Shown in pieces: positions 59,456 through 64,000 of a DNA stretch of 64,000 nt. This DNA is from Actinomycetes bacterium. GTDB lineage: Bacteria > Actinomycetota > Acidimicrobiia > Acidimicrobiales > RAAP-2. Positions within the stretch are counted from its first letter, which is position 1, and each line of letters begins with the position of its first letter. Below the pieces are notes generated by a model that was not told the origin of the DNA, did not search any database, and saw only the letters and a list, made by a program, of their open reading frames with translations. The position numbers and the translations under genes are program-made. The stretch lies in the NCBI GenBank assembly GCA_021781335.1, contig JAJXXA010000036.1:1246-65245 (forward strand). The letters are read 5' to 3'.

Positions 59456-60679
59456 CTACTTGATGCCGTAGGTCGCGCAGTCCTGCGCGTAAGTGGGCTG
59501 AGTCGAACCAGCAACGGTCGGCGCCGAGTTGGTGCACAAGTCCGAAGCCTTGATGACCTTGTCAGCGATGACAGTCTTCTCCACTGTCGATGCGGTGACC
59601 CATGTAGCGGTCAACAGTACCGACGGCACCTTCTTGAGGCTGCTGATCAAAGCTGACGAGTCCGTCGACGTGCCGTTCACGAGGCCCTTAGGTGGCTTGA
59701 TGCCAGCACGCAGGTAGACGGCCAACGCCGCTGCTGCCTGTGCTTCGAGCCAGATGGGCTTGTAGACGGTGCCGCACTGGTAGCCAGAGATGATGTTCTG
59801 GAAACCGAGCAACGTGGCGTCTTGGCCCGTGAATGGAATGGTCTTAGGAGCCAGACCCTTGCTCTGCAAGTAGGCAATGATCGGTGCGGCGTTCTCGTCG
59901 TTCGGCGTTACGACCGCATTGATCTTCGGGTTCGCAGTGTACGCACCCTGGAAGTCGGTCAAAGCAACCGACGGCGTCCACGTACCCGTGTTCTCGTTGA
60001 TCACGTTGCCAGCGGCGCTGGTGTAACCGGCCTTGGCGAGCACAGCGTTGTAACCCTGAGCGAACAGCGTCGCGTTGTTGTCAGTGGGCGCACCCTTCAT
60101 CACGTAAATGAGTGGGCTCTTCACGCCCCACGCGGTGATGCAACTGGTAACACCGGTGCCGATCAACGTACCGACTGCCACGTTGTTGAAGCTGACGTAG
60201 TAACTACGCGCTCCACCCAGTGTCAGACGGTCGTAGTCGATGACTTTGACACCACGCGCCTTGGCGTACGCCTCGATAACTGCACCCGTGGTGGAGTCAA
60301 GCGCGTCCAGCAAGATCACCTTCGCACCCTTGGCAATCGCTGCCTGGGCGTCGGTGTACTGAGTCGTGTCGCTTCCCTGAGCGTTCTGAATCGAGAACTG
60401 GCTCGTCTTCAAACCAGCAGCAAGGAAGGCCTTCTTCAGATACGGAGCGTCAAACTCCGTGTAACGCGCTGATGACACCGTGTCGGGCAAGATGACGGCG
60501 ATGCTGCCCTTGCCTTTGGCCACGATGCTCTTCAGGTACTTCATCGTCGAAAACTTCGTATTGAACGTCGTATTCGACACGGTAGGTGTACCTGCGGAAC
60601 TCACGTCTGGCAACATTGCGACGACAAAACTGCCGACCAATGCCACAGACGCGAGCGCCTTAGCTGTCTTGAACTTCAT
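59456..60679 (-). CDS. Sugar ABC substrate-binding protein (XylF-like)
   Basis: Signal peptide; LPDTVSSARY..FD, IDYDRL, SFNN, GAPTDNNA, TGQDA, TVYKP. Confidence 0.9.
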   Translation of the reverse strand: MKFKTAKALASVALVGSFVVAMLPDVSSAGTPTVSNTTFNTKFSTMKYLKSIVAKGKGSIAVILPDTVSSARYTEFDAPYLKKAFLAAGLKTSQFSIQNAQGSDTTQYTDAQAAIAKGAKVILLDALDSTTGAVIEAYAKARGVKVIDYDRLTLGGARSYYVSFNNVAVGTLIGTGVTSCITAWGVKSPLIYVMKGAPTDNNATLFAQGYNAVLAKAGYTSAAGNVINENTGTWTPSVALTDFQGAYTANPKINAVVTPNDENAAPIIAYLQSKGLAPKTIPFTGQDATLLGFQNIISGYQCGTVYKPIWLEAQAAAALAVYLRAGIKPPKGLVNGTSTDSSALISSLKKVPSVLLTATWVTASTVEKTVIADKVIKASDLCTNSAPTVAGSTQPTYAQDCATYGIK

Positions 60680-61052
60680 ATCCCCAACCCTTCTTTTGGA
60701 ATCCTAGAACTCCGGTAGTTATTGTCAACTTCGTGAACATCATGTGAAGATAATGCTCAGTCGCCGAAGTTAGCACGAAGCAGGCACTCAATTCACTTCG
60801 TCGTCAGGTTGTAATGATGTCGAGTGCAGAGAGAAAGTGCGATCTCGATACTGAATCTCCCTTCGAAGTACCCAGCCAATGTGCGCAACGTACCATTGCG
60901 TACATTCGCCTCTCATCACGCAACCGCATCTCACTGATAAACACTTGGCACGTCGCCAGTTCTCTCTCGCGTGAGTCTCGATCCATTCACCACGTCGCTG
61001 ACGAAGTCGCTGTGAAGTATTACTTAACTATCGCGCGCCGATGTCGATGCAA

Positions 61053-62015
61053 CTAGAGGAAGGCGAGGACCCTGTCCATCGTCTCCATGATCGCCACTGT
61101 TTCGTCTAACGGCATCACCGCACTTTCGAGCACGCCGGCGTCGATGCACCTCGCAACTTCGATGGCCTGGTGATGGAGACCACGGCCCTCGCTTGAGAAT
61201 TCGAAGCGCGACTCCTCTCCCGATCGCTGAATGAGACGAAACGACGTGGGCGCGTAGAAGTCCCCGGCGATCTCGATACGCGCCTTCACCCCAGAAATAC
61301 ACGCCCGGGTCGCGGTACGCGCGTGCGACGTGCAGGTCAGTACCGCCTGGGCCCCACTCTCGTAGCCGAAGAGCATCGAAGTCTGACCGTCGACACCAGA
61401 GAATGCCGGATCGACCAACGCCGCAATCCGATCGGGGCGGCCCAGAATCATCGAAGCGAACGACACCGGATAGACCCCGAGGTCTAGCAATGCGCCGCCT
61501 CCCAACTCCGGCGCAAAGAGACGCGAGGTCGGATCAGGCTCGAACCACTTGCCGTGATCGGCTTCGATTGCGACGATCTCGCCCAGCTCGTCATTGGCAA
61601 TCATCTCTCGTATCGCCACGACGTGGGGAAGAAAGCGAGTCCACATCGCCTCCATCATGAAGAGCTTTCGCTCGCGCGCAACCTGCACCAATTCGCGAGC
61701 CTGCGAAGCGTTCATCGTGAAGGCTTTCTCGACCAGCACAGGCTTGTCGTGCTCGAGCGCGAGCAGGGCATTATCGAAATGCATCGGATGCGGGGTCGCC
61801 ACGTAGATCACGTCCACCTCGGGATTTGCGACAAGTTGCTCGTACGTGGGGTGTCGATACTGCACGTCAAACTCATCAGCGAAGCGATCGGCCGAGGACT
61901 GGGACCGTGAACCCACGGCAATGATCTCGCCGTCGTCGATGAAGCGAAGATCACTCGCGAAGGTATGGGCAATTCGCCCAGTGCCGAGGATTCCCCAACG
62001 AAGTGGTTTCATCAT
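61053..62015 (-). CDS. Gfo/Idh/MocA oxidoreductase (sugar dehydrogenase-like)
   Basis: WGILGTGRIA, YVATPHPMH, VLVEKAF, MEAMWTRFLP, GGGALLDLGVY. Confidence 0.92.
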   Translation of the reverse strand: MMKPLRWGILGTGRIAHTFASDLRFIDDGEIIAVGSRSQSSADRFADEFDVQYRHPTYEQLVANPEVDVIYVATPHPMHFDNALLALEHDKPVLVEKAFTMNASQARELVQVARERKLFMMEAMWTRFLPHVVAIREMIANDELGEIVAIEADHGKWFEPDPTSRLFAPELGGGALLDLGVYPVSFASMILGRPDRIAALVDPAFSGVDGQTSMLFGYESGAQAVLTCTSHARTATRACISGVKARIEIAGDFYAPTSFRLIQRSGEESRFEFSSEGRGLHHQAIEVARCIDAGVLESAVMPLDETVAIMETMDRVLAFL

Positions 62016-62123
62016 GTGTTCTCCTCAAGCTTTGCCAGCGTCGTAACAACCACAGTAGCCACGACGCCTCATATCTACGAAGTGCGACCGCTCGCGTCGC
62101 GCGCGACGTACTAGAAATTTGGC

Positions 62124-62711
62124 ATGGATTCACGAATTGCTCCGCGGCGCACCGAACGCTTGACGCTACGCGCACCAGAATGGGGAGACCTTGACGATCT
62201 GGCCGTCATCTACGCAGACGAAGGAGTAAACCGCTACCTGTACTCGCAGCCGCGCGACCGTGAACAGTCTCGTGCACTGCTCGAAAAGCGCATTGCCCAA
62301 ACACCGGACGCGAGTGGTGGCCATGTCTTGTTCATCGTGGCTGTCTTAAACGAAACGAGCCGCGTCATCGGTGATTTCATGCTCCGGTGGACCGACAACG
62401 AACACCGCCAAGGCGAGATAGGTGGTTCGTTGCATCCTGGTTTTCATGGTCGCGGCATCGCTCCCGAGGTCTATCGCGAACTGCTCGAAATCGGCTTTAA
62501 CGACTGCAATCTTCATCGGATCGTTGGACGATGCGATGGACGAAATCACGCTTCGATTCGCTCCTTGGAAAAAGTTGGATTGCGGCGAGAAGCCCATCTC
62601 GTCGAGAATGAATACGTCAAGGGTGAGTGGACCGACGAGGTGATCCTCGCCATACGTCAAGAGGTATGGCGAGGATTCTCGAGCGGCGCTACTGAGCCAC
62701 ATCACCCCTAG
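62124..62711 (+). CDS. RimJ/RimL-type GNAT acetyltransferase
   Basis: RTERLTLR, GFHGRGIA, LHRIVGRC..RNHAS..LEKVG..EA, GEWTD. Confidence 0.88.
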   Translation: MDSRIAPRRTERLTLRAPEWGDLDDLAVIYADEGVNRYLYSQPRDREQSRALLEKRIAQTPDASGGHVLFIVAVLNETSRVIGDFMLRWTDNEHRQGEIGGSLHPGFHGRGIAPEVYRELLEIGFNDCNLHRIVGRCDGRNHASIRSLEKVGLRREAHLVENEYVKGEWTDEVILAIRQEVWRGFSSGATEPHHP

Positions 62712-62720
62712 TGTCATCTC

Positions 62721-64000
62721 GTGCCCCTGCTTCGCGACATCAAAGACCTTGGTTCTTTGTATCTGAGCGACCACGCCAACAATCCGGTTCGGTGGTGGGC
62801 GTGGGGTGAGGATGCCTTTGACGAGGCGCGACGGCGCGACGTACCGGTGTTCTTGAGCGTCGGCTACGCGGCGTGTCATTGGTGTCACGTCATGGCTCAC
62901 GAATCGTTCGAAGATCCCGACGTCGCACGCATTCTCAATGATTCATTCGTCTCGATCAAGGTCGATCGTGAAGAGCGCCCGGATGTAGACGCGCTCTACA
63001 TGGCGGCGACCCAACTCGTCACGGGCCAGGGAGGTTGGCCGATGTCGGTCTTTATGGACCCTGACGGACGCCCCTTCATGGCTGGAACGTACTACCCCCC
63101 AACGGACAGGCACGGTCAGGTGGGCTTCGCGCGACTGCTTCGCGCCATGGACGACGCGTGGCACACTCAGCGTGCAGCGGTCAACACCCAAGCACGCGAA
63201 TTGCACGAAGCGCTGAACCGCGAAGTCAACTTCATTGACCATCTCGCACCGAACGTCGCGCCACTCGATCTTGGCGACGCACGGCGCGCCCTGCGCGAAG
63301 ATCTCATCAGCCGCCTCGACGTCAATGGGGGGTTTGGCGGCGCGCCGAAGTTCCCTCGCCCGAGCTACGTCGAGGCGCTGCTCGAATCGAACGACGCCCG
63401 CGCCCTCCACGCGGTGACCCTCACCCTTGACGCGATGTCGCGAAACGGTATGTACGACCACGTGAGAGGCGGCTTCGCGCGCTACAGCGTCGATGCCCAA
63501 TGGCACGTCCCTCATTTTGAGAAGATGCTCAGCGATCAGGCGCTTCTGGCCCGGGCGTATCTACGTGCGGCGCGCGCCTACGCGCGTCCAGCGTGGCGCG
63601 ACGTCGCGCTCGACACGCTGCGCTTCGCGCTTCGAGACTTGCGCGTCGCGACGGGCTACGCCGCATCACTCGACGCGGATGCCGGTGGTATCGAAGGCTC
63701 TCACGTGACCTGGACGCCCGACGAAGTGAGACGCGCGCTTGAGTCGCACGGCGAACAACATCATCTTGACGCGGTGCTCGAACGATGGCGCATCACGTCT
63801 CGCGGCGAATTCGACGCACGCTCCATCCCCCGCTTGGCCGATGGAGCGCCGTTTGTCACTCCCCACGACCTCAACGGTGCGCTCGAAGCCCTTCGCGCCG
63901 AGCGAGCACTCCGGGTACAGCCCGCGCGCGACGAGAAGGTCATACTCGAATGGAACGCGATGCTGGCGTCCGCGTTGTTGATGAGTGGCGAGCGCGAATT
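62721..64000 (+). CDS. Thioredoxin-domain DUF255/YyaL (SPATA20-like) protein, runs off the window
   Basis: Absent from the ORF track because it has no stop. Hand translation: YLSDHANNPVRWWAWG..LSVGYAACHWCHVMAHESFED..KVDREERPD..PHFEKML. Confidence 0.92.
   Translation, partial: MPLLRDIKDLGSLYLSDHANNPVRWWAWGEDAFDEARRRDVPVFLSVGYAACHWCHVMAHESFEDPDVARILNDSFVSIKVDREERPDVDALYMAATQLVTGQGGWPMSVFMDPDGRPFMAGTYYPPTDRHGQVGFARLLRAMDDAWHTQRAAVNTQARELHEALNREVNFIDHLAPNVAPLDLGDARRALREDLISRLDVNGGFGGAPKFPRPSYVEALLESNDARALHAVTLTLDAMSRNGMYDHVRGGFARYSVDAQWHVPHFEKMLSDQALLARAYLRAARAYARPAWRDVALDTLRFALRDLRVATGYAASLDADAGGIEGSHVTWTPDEVRRALESHGEQHHLDAVLERWRITSRGEFDARSIPRLADGAPFVTPHDLNGALEALRAERALRVQPARDEKVILEWNAMLASALLMSGERE

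Noticed and set aside
62870-62890. CHWCH in the last ORF as a heme-c motif
   Set aside because: It is the standard thioredoxin-like CxxC of the DUF255/YyaL family in a protein with no signal peptide.
1-64000. tRNA, rRNA, CRISPR arrays, riboswitches, tandem repeats
   Set aside because: None were recognised by eye. Intergenic spaces are short; a covariance-model scan would be needed to exclude small RNAs.

Overview
GC-rich actinobacterial chromosome segment. Gene order and protein style suggest class Acidimicrobiia (inference). Most of the window is conserved housekeeping, mainly on the minus strand: infC-rpmI-rplT-trmH-pheST, rpe-ribD-ribBA-ribH, def-fmt, priA, metK-coaBC-rpoZ-gmk-mIHF, the pyr/car operon, aroCKBQ-efp-nusB, nfuA, tyrS, menaquinone genes and a xylose-type ABC transporter. 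The standout is a ~10.7 kb copper-centred respiratory island (29734-40443) between nusB and pyrR, two genes that are normally adjacent. It encodes an atypical membrane-anchored cupredoxin followed by heme-copper oxidase subunits II, I and III. Subunit I keeps all metal ligands but lacks canonical K- and D-proton-channel residues. The island also carries two CtaG, two SCO (one fused to a duplicated DoxX-like membrane domain), two paralogous mini membrane proteins and one unknown exported protein. It has no bc complex or canonical c-type cytochrome. The layout echoes the cup/acoP-coxBAC core of acidophilic iron oxidisers. Regulatory signals seen: a PyrR-binding loop, an ATC start and structured leader for infC, a PhoP-like direct repeat, and many TANNNT-N6-start leaderless promoters. 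All calls come from reading motifs by eye; no searches were run.
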